Shown here piece by piece: positions 18,887-29,402 of a stretch of 64,000 nucleotides of DNA (positions are counted from its first letter, which is position 1; each line of letters begins with the position of its first letter). Origin of the DNA: a virus (Duplodnaviria; Caudoviricetes); IMG/VR virus record IMGVR_UViG_3300006169_000009, positions 1-64,000 of that record, one strand, 5' to 3'. The translations under genes were made by a program, and so were the position numbers. The notes under the pieces are model-generated. The model was not told where the DNA came from. It saw nothing but the letters and a program-made list of their open reading frames with translations, and did no database searches.

Positions 18887-19957
18887 CTAACTAGTTGGAG
18901 GACCCGAAGCGTACTCCGGGGAGGCGACCGGCACCCCTACAGGTACATTCTCCTGCAGAGTCCGAACCAGTACGTAGTGACGGTCGTTTCGATCCTCATA
19001 GTAGTACGAACGTGTGTTCGGCGCTACTCCGCCCTGCTCCCACAAGTAGTCTGGTCCGAAAGATCCGTCGAAGTAGTCTCTTGGGATGGACCCGGCCTCG
19101 GTCAGTGGCTTGCTCACGTTCACCGAGGATCCGGCAACGGTTACGCCTACAGTGGTGGCGGTCGCGGTGAACACCACCCAGGCCCGGTTACCGTAGTAGC
19201 CCACGGCTCCCTTGGTCGCACCGGTCAGGGTGAATGTCACGTTCTTGGTCACTAGGACGCTATGGATGTAGGTTCGTCCCACTACGAGACTGTCGATGTT
19301 GTACGCATGGCTGTTGCCTGTCGCGTTCAATGTCGTGTTCACCGAGAAGTTCAGTCGAGTAGGTCGTACCTTGCACTTGATCTCGCGAGCCGGAGTGTAT
19401 GCGGTCGGCACAGTAGCGCCGGGAGATAGGATCTCGACCTGGGCGGAGTCGATGTACTGGATACCGCCGGAGGGCATACCGTTCATCCGCGCTCCAATGG
19501 CGATGAACCGTGCTCTCTTGGGCGGGATGAAGACCTTGTAGTGACGTACCCAAGGCTGTAGGGCTCCACCGCTCATGGTGGCTTCGTTACCGGCCAGAAC
19601 AATGCCGTCGATGGGGTCGTTGACCGGCTCGGTGAAGTCCTCGTAGATCGCGAAGTCATCGAAGGCCACCGGAAGGTAGTTGTAGAACCGAACCGACCCA
19701 TGGACGAACTCGAACATCGAGCCTACCGCACCGATGACCACCGGGTTGAGGTCGTAGACAAGAGCAGACCCGCTGTTGAACTGGATCGTTCCGCCCCACT
19801 TGGACGCGCTGACTGAGCGCTGTCCAGTGGAGATCTGCTCATAGGAGGAGGTAACGACGTAGGCCAGCGACTCGAACTCAATCGTGCCGTTACGACCGAA
19901 GCGCGATGGGCCTTCGATCTCCTCTAGTTCGCCAGTGGCGATCACCTTGTCGATCAT
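18887..19957 (-). CDS. tail/baseplate-associated structural protein
   Basis: beta-rich; DYFDGS motif; end of the tail module. Confidence 0.65.
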   Translation of the reverse strand: MIDKVIATGELEEIEGPSRFGRNGTIEFESLAYVVTSSYEQISTGQRSVSASKWGGTIQFNSGSALVYDLNPVVIGAVGSMFEFVHGSVRFYNYLPVAFDDFAIYEDFTEPVNDPIDGIVLAGNEATMSGGALQPWVRHYKVFIPPKRARFIAIGARMNGMPSGGIQYIDSAQVEILSPGATVPTAYTPAREIKCKVRPTRLNFSVNTTLNATGNSHAYNIDSLVVGRTYIHSVLVTKNVTFTLTGATKGAVGYYGNRAWVVFTATATTVGVTVAGSSVNVSKPLTEAGSIPRDYFDGSFGPDYLWEQGGVAPNTRSYYYEDRNDRHYVLVRTLQENVPVGVPVASPEYASGPPTS

Positions 19958-21900
19958 CAGAACAACATGATCCCATGGTTATGTGTGGACCCGCTACGTG
20001 TGCCGATGTTCAGGTTCGTCACGCGGTACACGCCGGGGCCGGACAGGAAGGTCTCGCCCATCTCCTCAGACACCGCCACCGACATCAGCCCAGTGGTGTC
20101 GTTGATGATCGCCGTCACGCGCTCACCGTCCTTGATCGGAGTGGTCAGCGTGGCCAGCGTGGTAGGAGTTCCTGCTGTGAGCCGCTCCACCTTGGTACGG
20201 GTGATGCGGATGAGGTTGTTGGCGTCCACGAACCGGATCACCAGAGCCTGCTCCTTGCCCGGAGGGGGAGAGCCGGTGAACGTGCAGGCCACCCGGAACC
20301 GGTTGCGGTCGTCGGGAATGTTGATAGTCAGAGTCGACTTCGTCATGTTCAGCGGGTAGGCCTTGCCGTCCGACACAGTGAAGTTGCCGGTGCGCAGGAC
20401 CCAGTTGGTGGAGCCGATCTTGTACTCCGGTGCCCGCCCGTTCCAGTTGACCGACTCGGTGTCGAAGGTGTCATAGATGAACCCTCTGGAGGTGCCGATA
20501 CCCAGCCGGGCCAGGAACCGTCCACGCTCGTCGTGGCAGTAGACGTAAGAGCGCATGGCTAGTGCGCCTTCACCGGTAGTGCCGATGAAGGGGAACCCGT
20601 GCTGGTAGTAGGAGATCGCCATCCGAGGCTGCTTGTCACCTGGGATCGGCACGCCATGCTGGATGGCTGACAACGGTGCTGGCTGAGCCTGGCTGTTGCT
20701 GATGTTTGCTGCCGACACCGCAATGATCTCGGTCATGGCCCCGGTGTTGTTTACCACCCGCAGCGCATTGGATGCCTCACCTTCACCCGATACTGAGTTG
20801 GTGATACCGGCTGCCTCGTTGGTCGGTACCGTGTGCATACCGTCCCACTCGTAGTTCTTCCAGGTAGAGATGCCGTTGGTCTTCGGTGCGCGCAGCGTCT
20901 CTACGTCCACAGACGCTACGTTGTCCCACCACGTGTTCTCGTACGGGCTTACCGTCTCAGGTCGCTGGTCCCAGCCGTACGCGCCTCCGACCTTGGCCTC
21001 GTAGATCCGGTCGGTGTACTTGACTCGCTGACCTGCAGCGTAGTTGACGTGCTCGCTGTACTCGGGATAGTTCGGGTGGACGAACGAGGACTGGTCGACA
21101 TCGAGCATCAGGTTCGGGCCGACCGAGAGGTCCACGTCATAGCCGGTGCTCAGTGCGACCTCGTCTCGCAGACCCTCCAGGGTGGCTCTGCTGCGGCTGA
21201 TCAGCGAGGCGTTGGCGACCTTGTTGCGCATCACCCGCTGCGGTACCGCAACCTCGTAGGAGGTACCCAGCATGTGTGCCAGGCGCTCCAGGTTCTCGGG
21301 ATGAATGACGTAGGGGTCATGGACCTGCAGTGTGGTCTCGTGGTAGGTCTTCAACAGATCGAAGCCCCATCCCAGGACGTCCAGGAACGACACGAGATGC
21401 TGGTTGACGCGGTCGTACTGGTCAGGGTCGAAGACGTTGGCCATGTCCTCGTCGGCCAAGATCACATACTGGTCGGTGATCGCGGAGTGGATTCGGCGGG
21501 TGTACCGGTAGTAGCGAGGGATGAGTTCGTTCAGCAGATCCTTGGTCCCGTAGTCGGACACCGATAGGCACGACACCGTACCGGCCCGGACCCAGGACCC
21601 GGCCACGAGCAGGTACAGCGAGTAGTAGTACCAGACGCCTGGAGAGACATCAGCCTCGATGAACTCACTGGTCGGGTTGGTGGTATCCAGCAGCACATCT
21701 CCATCGTTGACGTTGGCGCTGAAGCCCTGACGACTGCGGATCAGGCGCAGCGAAGAGTAGGTCCCGCTGGGCATGTTCCAGCGAATCCGGTTCTTGCCGT
21801 AGTCAACCGGCTCGGCAGTGAACGGCTGTACGTCGTACTCGACGTAGACCGCTGCGCCGTACTTCGCGAGACCATAGAAGTCTCTTCCGTAGACGGCCAT
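19957..21900 (-). CDS. baseplate wedge/tail protein (P2 gpI-like domain plus carbohydrate-binding-like regions)
   Basis: FLDVLG..LERLAHMLG..RATLEGL; downstream of baseplate J. Confidence 0.7.
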   Translation of the reverse strand: MAVYGRDFYGLAKYGAAVYVEYDVQPFTAEPVDYGKNRIRWNMPSGTYSSLRLIRSRQGFSANVNDGDVLLDTTNPTSEFIEADVSPGVWYYYSLYLLVAGSWVRAGTVSCLSVSDYGTKDLLNELIPRYYRYTRRIHSAITDQYVILADEDMANVFDPDQYDRVNQHLVSFLDVLGWGFDLLKTYHETTLQVHDPYVIHPENLERLAHMLGTSYEVAVPQRVMRNKVANASLISRSRATLEGLRDEVALSTGYDVDLSVGPNLMLDVDQSSFVHPNYPEYSEHVNYAAGQRVKYTDRIYEAKVGGAYGWDQRPETVSPYENTWWDNVASVDVETLRAPKTNGISTWKNYEWDGMHTVPTNEAAGITNSVSGEGEASNALRVVNNTGAMTEIIAVSAANISNSQAQPAPLSAIQHGVPIPGDKQPRMAISYYQHGFPFIGTTGEGALAMRSYVYCHDERGRFLARLGIGTSRGFIYDTFDTESVNWNGRAPEYKIGSTNWVLRTGNFTVSDGKAYPLNMTKSTLTINIPDDRNRFRVACTFTGSPPPGKEQALVIRFVDANNLIRITRTKVERLTAGTPTTLATLTTPIKDGERVTAIINDTTGLMSVAVSEEMGETFLSGPGVYRVTNLNIGTRSGSTHNHGIMLF

Positions 21901-21902
21901 GG

Positions 21903-22613
21903 CTAGATCCTACGGAGTCCGAAGGCACCCAACCATGCGTAGGAGACCCTGCGGTTGGGTGCGGATGAGTTGTGCGAGGTGCGCAGGTTGATCTTGGTCC
22001 CTCTCGGGAAGTGGCTGATCAGGTGCGGGTTAAGCGTGATGTCGTGCTGGTTCTCCACACCTCGGTACCGGTCGTACGAGCGCTCCTCGGCGTTGACCCC
22101 GATGGCGGCCTGGTACAGCGCGTCGTTGCCGCCCACACCACCGAAGGCGAGGTCGTAGCGGACGTGACCCATGATCAGCCACCAGCCACGGACCTTCAGC
22201 GTCAGACCGGTTCCGTTAAACAACTTGTTCGGGTCGAACTCAGCGTCCGGCTTGGGAAAGTCGATGGTAGCCGGACGGGTGGTGCCCACGTTCTGGGTCG
22301 GGATGAGGAAGGTCTGCTTGTACAGGCGGCCCACGTAGATGTTGCGTCCGGCCTGCAGGTAGTCGAGGCGCTCCTTCATGTTCTTGAAGCGCTGCCGGTA
22401 GACCTTCAGCGTCTCGTCCTGGCGCTCGTTAACCTCCTCGATCTCCTCGACATCGGACTCCAGTTCCTCGATGTCGAGCAGAGCCTCGCCCAGCACGTTC
22501 TGGATCGCGACGACCTCGTCCTGGATCGAGTTGATGTCCTCGGCGGTGACGTCATCGAGCAGGTTGCGGTGGATCTTGAACTGCTTGGTCCCGTTGGGGA
22601 ATACGGCTGCCAT
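21903..22613 (-). CDS. structural protein with coiled coil and C1q-like C-terminus
   Basis: AEDINSIQDEVVAIQ; RGWWLIMGHV. Confidence 0.6.
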   Translation of the reverse strand: MAAVFPNGTKQFKIHRNLLDDVTAEDINSIQDEVVAIQNVLGEALLDIEELESDVEEIEEVNERQDETLKVYRQRFKNMKERLDYLQAGRNIYVGRLYKQTFLIPTQNVGTTRPATIDFPKPDAEFDPNKLFNGTGLTLKVRGWWLIMGHVRYDLAFGGVGGNDALYQAAIGVNAEERSYDRYRGVENQHDITLNPHLISHFPRGTKINLRTSHNSSAPNRRVSYAWLGAFGLRRI

Positions 22614-24118
22614 CAGCCCAAACCTCCGCTCACTGAGATGTTCAGCGTCCCGACCGTAGGCATCTCCCACGGCTGCAGTGCGATGTTGGCTACTCCGGTC
22701 TGTGCTGCGTCAGCACGAGCCATGATGGTGAGGTCGCAGTAGCGCACGCCCTCCACCGCCATGATGACCTTGTAGAGATCACTGGCAGTGATCAACTGAC
22801 CCATCTCGGCCTGCTGGAAGCCCAGGAAGTTCTTGATCGCCTGCTCCACGTTGAACTTTACCGCCGAACGCGAGTAGGTCGGCCATGCCTCGACCGTGGC
22901 AGGTGTTGCCACCGACCCGATGTTGATCCCCACGAAGTTCGGGCCACCTACCGTGACGTCCACACCGATCAGAGAGCGCCCGGCCAAAGCCGTCTTGACG
23001 CGGTCAATCAGCACAGCAGGCGGGTTGCCTCCGTCCGGCCCGATGATCCAAACCATGACGCTGGTGACATGCTCGGCCTCGGCGTTGGCCTTGGTCACTC
23101 CCGGCACCGCGATGGCGAAGTTCTCATAGTCCTGGACGGTCACGGCCCGCTGCTGGGTGTGCATGGCCCGAGGCGCGTTGACCCGGATCTGTTCGTTGCT
23201 CTCAGGGTCTGCTCCGCCGACCATCGTGGAGGAGGTGGACCGGTTACCGGCTGCGTCATTGACCCGCTGCAGGTCTACTCCGCTGACGGTGGAGTCGAAG
23301 ATGTTCACCACCAGGCCGGAGGCGATGTTGCCTCGGGCTCCATAGCCGACCCGGTAGTTCACCGAGACGCTCAGGCCGATGTTCGGAATGGCCCCGTTGA
23401 CACTGTCTCCGAACCGGACCCAGGTGTACCCTTGGTCGTCCAGCACTGTCTCGAACCGCTTCTCGTCGCGGGTAGCGTCGAGCAGGTGGGTGATCTCGGT
23501 CCACTCCTCTCCCTCTACGTACAGGCGTACGGTGTGGTCGTAGACGTTGGGGCGGGCCAGGCGGAAGAACTGATCCGGCAGCCCGTTCGACTCCCCGATC
23601 TTTATCGGCCCCTTGGTGGTCTCGTCCTTGACGGTCTCACCTTCAGTCACACCGACCTCTTCAGTCCCACCCTCACCAGGGACCTCGATGACCTCATCAG
23701 TCTCGAAGATGATCTGAGCGTCGATCTCGGCCACCATGGCGGTCGAAACCCGCGTACCGGCTGGGATGACCACCGGAGGGCTTGGCTGGGCAGACTCGGT
23801 GGTCTCGGGGGTCTGGAACGTCACTGTCCCAACAGCCGGAACTCCGCTGGATGGTACGTATCCCAGCAACTGAGCGTGGTTGAGGATCGAGGCGCGCTGG
23901 GTGGCGCTGGAGATGTAGGCCTCCATCTGAGCGCGGTCCACGTAGTAGGACAGAACGTCCGCCATGTAGGACTGCAGTTCGATCAGCAGGACCCCGAAGT
24001 CTCCCTCGGAGGCGGGAACCCAGTCCGGGAAGGCGATCTTGGCGTAGTCGAGCAGGCTCTGCTTCATCCCGGCGAAGTCGCGGGACGTGTAGTCGATGAC
24101 AGGCGAGATCTCAGCCAC
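22613..24118 (-). CDS. baseplate J-like wedge protein
   Basis: IDYTSRDF, SEGDFGV, VRFGD, GGADPES, RAVTVQDYE. Confidence 0.9.
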   Translation of the reverse strand: MAEISPVIDYTSRDFAGMKQSLLDYAKIAFPDWVPASEGDFGVLLIELQSYMADVLSYYVDRAQMEAYISSATQRASILNHAQLLGYVPSSGVPAVGTVTFQTPETTESAQPSPPVVIPAGTRVSTAMVAEIDAQIIFETDEVIEVPGEGGTEEVGVTEGETVKDETTKGPIKIGESNGLPDQFFRLARPNVYDHTVRLYVEGEEWTEITHLLDATRDEKRFETVLDDQGYTWVRFGDSVNGAIPNIGLSVSVNYRVGYGARGNIASGLVVNIFDSTVSGVDLQRVNDAAGNRSTSSTMVGGADPESNEQIRVNAPRAMHTQQRAVTVQDYENFAIAVPGVTKANAEAEHVTSVMVWIIGPDGGNPPAVLIDRVKTALAGRSLIGVDVTVGGPNFVGINIGSVATPATVEAWPTYSRSAVKFNVEQAIKNFLGFQQAEMGQLITASDLYKVIMAVEGVRYCDLTIMARADAAQTGVANIALQPWEMPTVGTLNISVSGGLG

Positions 24119-24527
24119 GGACCAACTCACTCACCTTTCCACCCATACGGATGACTGCCACGTTGGTTCTCGGTCCCTGGATTCCTGTGGTCGGAGAGTC
24201 CGTACGCAGGTACTGGACGTCGACCTCGGCCAGGCCGTCCCCTTCCTCTCCAGGCACCGCCTCGACGCCACGCAGACCGACTCCCGGCTCCCAGCGGGCA
24301 AACGCCTCACGGAGCAGATCCTGCAACTCCAGGGCCACCGTTTCGTCTCCCTCCTCGAACAGCAGGCGGCTCAGGGGGACGCCGTAGTTGGTCAGCACGA
24401 CCCGCTCCTGGGGCTCGGTGTTGACCAGAGACATGACATGCTGCCGGATCTGGCGGTTGGGGTCAGTCTCGACGGCGATCTTCTTGTCGGCGTCGAGATG
24501 GAACGGGATGGCGATCTCAGCAGGCAT
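24111..24527 (-). CDS. gp25/gpW-like baseplate wedge protein
   Basis: TEPQERV..YGVPL..LFE..WEP. Confidence 0.9.
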   Translation of the reverse strand: MPAEIAIPFHLDADKKIAVETDPNRQIRQHVMSLVNTEPQERVVLTNYGVPLSRLLFEEGDETVALELQDLLREAFARWEPGVGLRGVEAVPGEEGDGLAEVDVQYLRTDSPTTGIQGPRTNVAVIRMGGKVSELVRG

Positions 24528-24539
24528 GACGCAAGTATC

Positions 24540-24935
24540 TCATCCACCCTGCAGACCTTGGAGGCGAGAGATGATGACCTCGGCATCGGTCAGGCGCTGC
24601 TTCAGCAGACTGGTGAGTTCCTTCTCCTGGAGCAGTTCCTTGTGGATCTGGATGTTCTTCTGCTCACTCTCGGTGAAGCGGCTCTCCAGGCGGTCGTAGC
24701 GATCCCGAGACTCCACGATCTGGCGGCGCAACTCACCGACCTCTTCCTGGAGCCGCTCGATCACGCCCTCATCGATCTTGCGGGCACGAAGGTAAGCCTC
24801 GTTCTCAACCTGCTTGCGCTCCAGGCTCTCCTGCTTCTCCTTGGCCTCCTTCGACTGCTTGTTGGTGTATACAACTCCGCCGAAGGCGATGAGTGCGGAG
24901 ATGACGACGGCAGCCGCCGAGATGACGATCTCCAT
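24540..24935 (-). CDS. membrane-anchored coiled-coil protein
   Basis: N-terminal TM followed by heptad repeats. Confidence 0.7.
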   Translation of the reverse strand: MEIVISAAAVVISALIAFGGVVYTNKQSKEAKEKQESLERKQVENEAYLRARKIDEGVIERLQEEVGELRRQIVESRDRYDRLESRFTESEQKNIQIHKELLQEKELTSLLKQRLTDAEVIISRLQGLQGG

Positions 24936-25363
24936 CAGCGCTCCGCTCCTCTCTTGGCGATAACGCGGGGCTCAGGCCAGCCAGCAATGAGCGATAGCGC
25001 ACCTCCAAACGCCCAGAAGATCAGTCCACTGATCCAGCCACGCGCATCGGTTCCGTAGACGAAATAGGTGAGCACGTAGAACGCTCCCCACAGGTACGCC
25101 ATCCCCGCCATGTACGAAAAGCCCCAGTTGTCCCTACCTGGCGGCCAGAACGCAGTCACGAACCCCAAGACTGCCACGATCAGCCACAGAAACCCCCACC
25201 ACTTGACAGTGCCGCCGGAGAGATTGGTGGCCACCGTCAAAGCCTCGCTGACCCGATCCGTCGGCACTAACAGGTAACCGACCCCCAGCATGGCGTACAG
25301 CCCCGAGAACAGCAGCAAGACGGCCCCTCTGCGACCGATCTTGAAAGAGATCTCCTGAACCAT
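24935..25363 (-). CDS. 4-TM membrane protein
   Basis: four hydrophobic Trp/Gly-rich helices. Confidence 0.7.
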   Translation of the reverse strand: MVQEISFKIGRRGAVLLLFSGLYAMLGVGYLLVPTDRVSEALTVATNLSGGTVKWWGFLWLIVAVLGFVTAFWPPGRDNWGFSYMAGMAYLWGAFYVLTYFVYGTDARGWISGLIFWAFGGALSLIAGWPEPRVIAKRGAER

Positions 25364-25398
25364 GTTCCTATGCTCCCATGGGGTACTTGAAACTTTAC

Positions 25399-28014
25399 CT
25401 AGACTGCCGTAGGCCCGACCCGGATCAGGGAGAAGAAGGAGTCTCCCTCGCCACTGGCAGTGATGTCCAGCGCAGCACCTCGGGTGTGGAAAGCCCACAG
25501 TCGCAGCACGTCTCCATCCGCCAAGTTCAACATCTCCGACAGGATGTTGGTCGTACCTCCAGCCGGAGATGCCGCGATAGAGGATCGAGCGATGATGTTG
25601 GTTCCGCTGCCGGTAGCGTTCTTGTTCACCCAGATCGTTCTTCGACCCGTACTGTTTGCAGCCCAGGCAGCCTTCATACGCATGTCATAGAGCCCACCCA
25701 GACCGGTTGGAATCACGTAGGTGCTGCTGGAGTAGTACCCATCGGTGTTGAACACCGAGTCGTTCATCACGAACTCAGTGCTCGTGGAGTCCGGGATGCT
25801 GATGTCGGTGCTTCGACGGCGCTTCACTCCAATGATCGGAGCCTTGGTCCGAACCGAACGGGCGAACAGACCGTTGCCGATGTCACCATCACTGTTGGCG
25901 TCCACCCGGTAACCACCGGACGCGGCTGAGGTCTCTCCTGGAGTCTGAGCCGGGAAGTTCTGAGTCAGCGCCGTAGAGGCCGTACCGGAGAACACGGGGG
26001 TGGTGTACACCTGAGTGAACACGCCTGGCCCCGGCACTGACTGCCGATACATAGTGGCTCCAGTGGCACCAGAGTTGATCAGCCAGAATCCATAGGCGTT
26101 CGGATCGTCCTGTCCTTCGTAGGACGGGTTGTTGGTCGGGTTGTAGTTCATGAACGGAGGTGCAACCACCCGCACCTTTGAGCGCTTCACTGCTGTGAAG
26201 GTCTTACGAGTACCCAACAACGACTGGTGCGTTCCTACCGCCAGCCCGTTGGCCTGGTGTGTGCATCCTGTGTGGGTGGAGGTGGTCGCGGTGTTCTCGT
26301 CCCGGAAGTTGTTCGCGGCCTGCCACTGCTGTGTGACTGCGCCGGACCACGCCATGGCCTCACCCTCGTAACGACGAAGGGTACCGCTACCGTTGAGGGA
26401 GTAGAACCGACCGGATGGGTCATTGGCCTCCTGCAGGTCAGGAGCGCTGGCGACCCACCATGCTCCGGCTACGGTGTTCCCGTTTGCCCGGACCCACTCA
26501 GAGTTTGACTGACGAGCACCTCCTGCTGTGGCTGTGTAGACGATGAAGTTCTCGTTCCCTCCGGCTGCTCCACGAGCACGGAAGACATACCTGTCGTTGG
26601 ACAGGTCATGGTATCCACGGCTGACGAAGCCCATGTCGTAGTTGTAGGCGGAGAGACCAGAGAACCATACCGGCTGAGCGGTCAATGTCCCTGCCGAGTC
26701 GTCACTCCACTCCTGGATCATCACGTTGTTGGTCAGGGAGGAGACGACCATCGGACGACTGTTTCGGTGGTTCCATCCCAGCACAGGCTTAGTGGTCGCT
26801 GACGTGGATCCAGTGACGTCGGTGCGCTTCAGCATGAGGCTCGCGGTGTCCCATACCTCCAGGAACCACTTGTTGTCACTGACACGTCGAGACAGCAGGT
26901 AGTACCGGCCTACCGGCCCTGCCCCGAAGTCCCGTGAGGCATAGGCGATGCCGCCCTCGTAAGAGTAGGCCGCGTTCAGACCCGAGTTCTTTACCGAGGC
27001 TCCTGTAGACGGGTTGAAGGCCTCCCAGTAGGATGAGTTTCCGTTCCCCTTGGCGGACAACGTGTGCCAGTTGCCGTCATGACCGAGGGTCAGCCCGTAC
27101 TGCTCCCAAGTAGTGTCATGCTGCAAGGCCAGGGTCAGTTCTGTATAGATGCAGTCGGCGTCCGGTGCCTGCGAAGGTGTAGTGGTTCCGTTGGCCATGA
27201 CGACCTTGGCTCCACGAGAGATCTCGTTGTTCGCGCTGCGGAAGGTGGCTCCGTTCAGCACCGAGATGTCACGGGCAAGGATCGTTCCCTCGAAGACGAT
27301 GTCGCTACCAGAGGCGGAGGGGATGCGTACCGAGGCATCAGGCCGAAGCACACCAGTGTCTGGGTCACGTTCCCACATCACCAGGCCGTTGACGGGGTCC
27401 ATCGTGATCCGGTTCGTGTTCGGCACGTACGTGACCGGATCGACACCCTCTACCAGCAGTCCAGCAGTCGACACCATGTTGGCGATCAGACTAGGGAACT
27501 GGGCATCTTGCTGGTCGATCTGACTGTAGCCGACAGCGCCCGGACCCACACCGCCGGAACCTACCTGGATCGTGGTCCAGACCCTGTCAGGCACTGTCCA
27601 GACCTTCATCACGGCCACGGTGTCCTCAGCAGTGGAGCCGGTGGTGTCCTGCCAGATGTCTCCGGCGCTGTCATCGTGCTCAGTGTCTCCGTCCAGCCAC
27701 GGAGGAGTGTCGTTTACGTAGTTGGCGAAGGGGGCGAAGGACAGGTGGTCGACGTTGATCGTGTGCGCGATGATCCGGTCGCCCGAGACGATCTCAGAGG
27801 AGGCGTACAGCGGCTTGTTGATGTCACCGTCGATGAAGAAGACCCAGACAACCTCACCCTGCCGGGGCTTGTACGGGGTCGGCTGCGTGGGGATGGCCCA
27901 GTTCGAGTTGGTCTCACCCAGGACCGAGGGCACCTTCAGGATCACACGCGCACGACGCTCAGGGTCAGCGTTGTTGACAACGATGCCCTGTGCTGCAGTG
28001 GGGATGTTAACCAA
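25399..28014 (-). CDS. gp5/VgrG-like baseplate spike with long C-terminal fibre/receptor-binding region
   Basis: OB-fold motif GIVVNNADPERRARV..WA..GEVVWVFFIDGDINKP; C1q-like C-terminus. Confidence 0.8.
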   Translation of the reverse strand: MVNIPTAAQGIVVNNADPERRARVILKVPSVLGETNSNWAIPTQPTPYKPRQGEVVWVFFIDGDINKPLYASSEIVSGDRIIAHTINVDHLSFAPFANYVNDTPPWLDGDTEHDDSAGDIWQDTTGSTAEDTVAVMKVWTVPDRVWTTIQVGSGGVGPGAVGYSQIDQQDAQFPSLIANMVSTAGLLVEGVDPVTYVPNTNRITMDPVNGLVMWERDPDTGVLRPDASVRIPSASGSDIVFEGTILARDISVLNGATFRSANNEISRGAKVVMANGTTTPSQAPDADCIYTELTLALQHDTTWEQYGLTLGHDGNWHTLSAKGNGNSSYWEAFNPSTGASVKNSGLNAAYSYEGGIAYASRDFGAGPVGRYYLLSRRVSDNKWFLEVWDTASLMLKRTDVTGSTSATTKPVLGWNHRNSRPMVVSSLTNNVMIQEWSDDSAGTLTAQPVWFSGLSAYNYDMGFVSRGYHDLSNDRYVFRARGAAGGNENFIVYTATAGGARQSNSEWVRANGNTVAGAWWVASAPDLQEANDPSGRFYSLNGSGTLRRYEGEAMAWSGAVTQQWQAANNFRDENTATTSTHTGCTHQANGLAVGTHQSLLGTRKTFTAVKRSKVRVVAPPFMNYNPTNNPSYEGQDDPNAYGFWLINSGATGATMYRQSVPGPGVFTQVYTTPVFSGTASTALTQNFPAQTPGETSAASGGYRVDANSDGDIGNGLFARSVRTKAPIIGVKRRRSTDISIPDSTSTEFVMNDSVFNTDGYYSSSTYVIPTGLGGLYDMRMKAAWAANSTGRRTIWVNKNATGSGTNIIARSSIAASPAGGTTNILSEMLNLADGDVLRLWAFHTRGAALDITASGEGDSFFSLIRVGPTAV

Positions 28015-29146
28015 CGTAGATCGCCTCCAGCCTGCTCGATTCCCAGTTCTTGCCGTCACGCAAGACGGCAGGGACCTCGGCAGGCGTCCGCTTCAGTTGC
28101 TCCTTGAACTGGAAGACCAGCGTGTTCGAATCGTTGCGCGTTACCTCGACCCTAGATACGATCTTAGGGGCACTGTTCTCCAGGTCCAGCAAGTGCTTGG
28201 CCCCGACAACCATCCACAGACCGGTGTAGTTGCTAGAGAGGTCGACCCCGTCGAAGTTGACCAGGCTGGAGGGAGTAAGCCGGTGTGCGTTCTCCAACGT
28301 AGCCACCGCCGTGGTCCACTCATTGGTTCCCAGAGCGGCTGCATCGGCCTCGTACTGAGCCTCGGCCAGAGAGTCGGCGTTCACCGTGCCGTACTCAGCG
28401 GTCTCGGGGACCGGCAGGTTGCGGTCCTTGATCGCCTTCGAGGACGAGTACTCGATCAACTGATGGCTGCGCTCATCGATACCGATGATCTTCTGCACCG
28501 AAGTGGTCGTGTCTCGGGGGGCAAGTGACCCGTCGGTGATGTGGATGCGCTTCAGGCCGGTGTCCTTGGTGAACTCTGGGACGAACGGGGACGCGCTCTT
28601 GTTAAGCACCTTGGTCGGGTCCAGGAAGTAGATCGTGGAGCCATCCACCCAAGTGCGGTAGCCGACCTTGTCTGCCAAGGCACGCAGCATCTTTGAGTCG
28701 CTCATCGTTCCCTGGGTCCAGTACGGGAGCCTGCGGTCTGTGAAGTGCATCACAGCCCGGAACCCTCTGCGCTGGGCTACCTCCTTGACGATCATCGTCG
28801 GAGAGCAGTCGTACCAGTTTGCGGCGTACGTCTGGTTCAGCCGCATCGACGTACCCAGCAGCGTCATGCGCAAGAAGGAGTCCACGCTGCGCTCGCCTTC
28901 GATGATCTCGGCATGGTTGACGTACCCGTAGAAGTTGCGCTGGTCGCGCCCCGTTCCCCACGGCATGTGTACCGGCGTGCGCTCCTTGACCCGCTGCATC
29001 CTGGTGACCTTGTTGGCGGGGAAGTCCAACTGCGCCAGGGTGTGCGAGGAGAAGCCGTCCTGCATCACGACACGACGAACTTCAGGACCCAGTCTTGGGT
29101 ACCCGTAGAAGTATGGTTCGGCAGTGAGCCTAGACCCGAGGGACAC
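28007..29146 (-). CDS. baseplate hub (gpD/gp27-like)
   Basis: FYGYV, QGTMSDSKMLRALA, GLWMVVGAKH. Confidence 0.8.
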   Translation of the reverse strand: MSLGSRLTAEPYFYGYPRLGPEVRRVVMQDGFSSHTLAQLDFPANKVTRMQRVKERTPVHMPWGTGRDQRNFYGYVNHAEIIEGERSVDSFLRMTLLGTSMRLNQTYAANWYDCSPTMIVKEVAQRRGFRAVMHFTDRRLPYWTQGTMSDSKMLRALADKVGYRTWVDGSTIYFLDPTKVLNKSASPFVPEFTKDTGLKRIHITDGSLAPRDTTTSVQKIIGIDERSHQLIEYSSSKAIKDRNLPVPETAEYGTVNADSLAEAQYEADAAALGTNEWTTAVATLENAHRLTPSSLVNFDGVDLSSNYTGLWMVVGAKHLLDLENSAPKIVSRVEVTRNDSNTLVFQFKEQLKRTPAEVPAVLRDGKNWESSRLEAIYVG

Positions 29147-29402
29147 GGATGATGTCTCCGACCTTCATCTTCGACCAGTCCAGGATCTCCGGGTTGGCGT
29201 TGGCGATGACCCACCACAGGGAACCATCGTCGTAGAGGAACGAGGCCAGTGTGTCAGGACGGTCCCATGCACCGATCTGATAGTAGGTGAACTCGAACAC
29301 CATGTCCTGAGGAGGAGACGTGTTAACTGACTGGTGTGTTCCCCGGTCATCTGTTACCACGTCGACGGTTGAGTTAACGTATCGAGAGTCTTCTGTGATC
29401 AT
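29130..29402 (-). CDS. LysM-like/gpX baseplate protein
   Basis: DRPDTLA..LWWVIANANP..GDIIRVP. Confidence 0.85.
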   Translation of the reverse strand: MITEDSRYVNSTVDVVTDDRGTHQSVNTSPPQDMVFEFTYYQIGAWDRPDTLASFLYDDGSLWWVIANANPEILDWSKMKVGDIIRVPRV

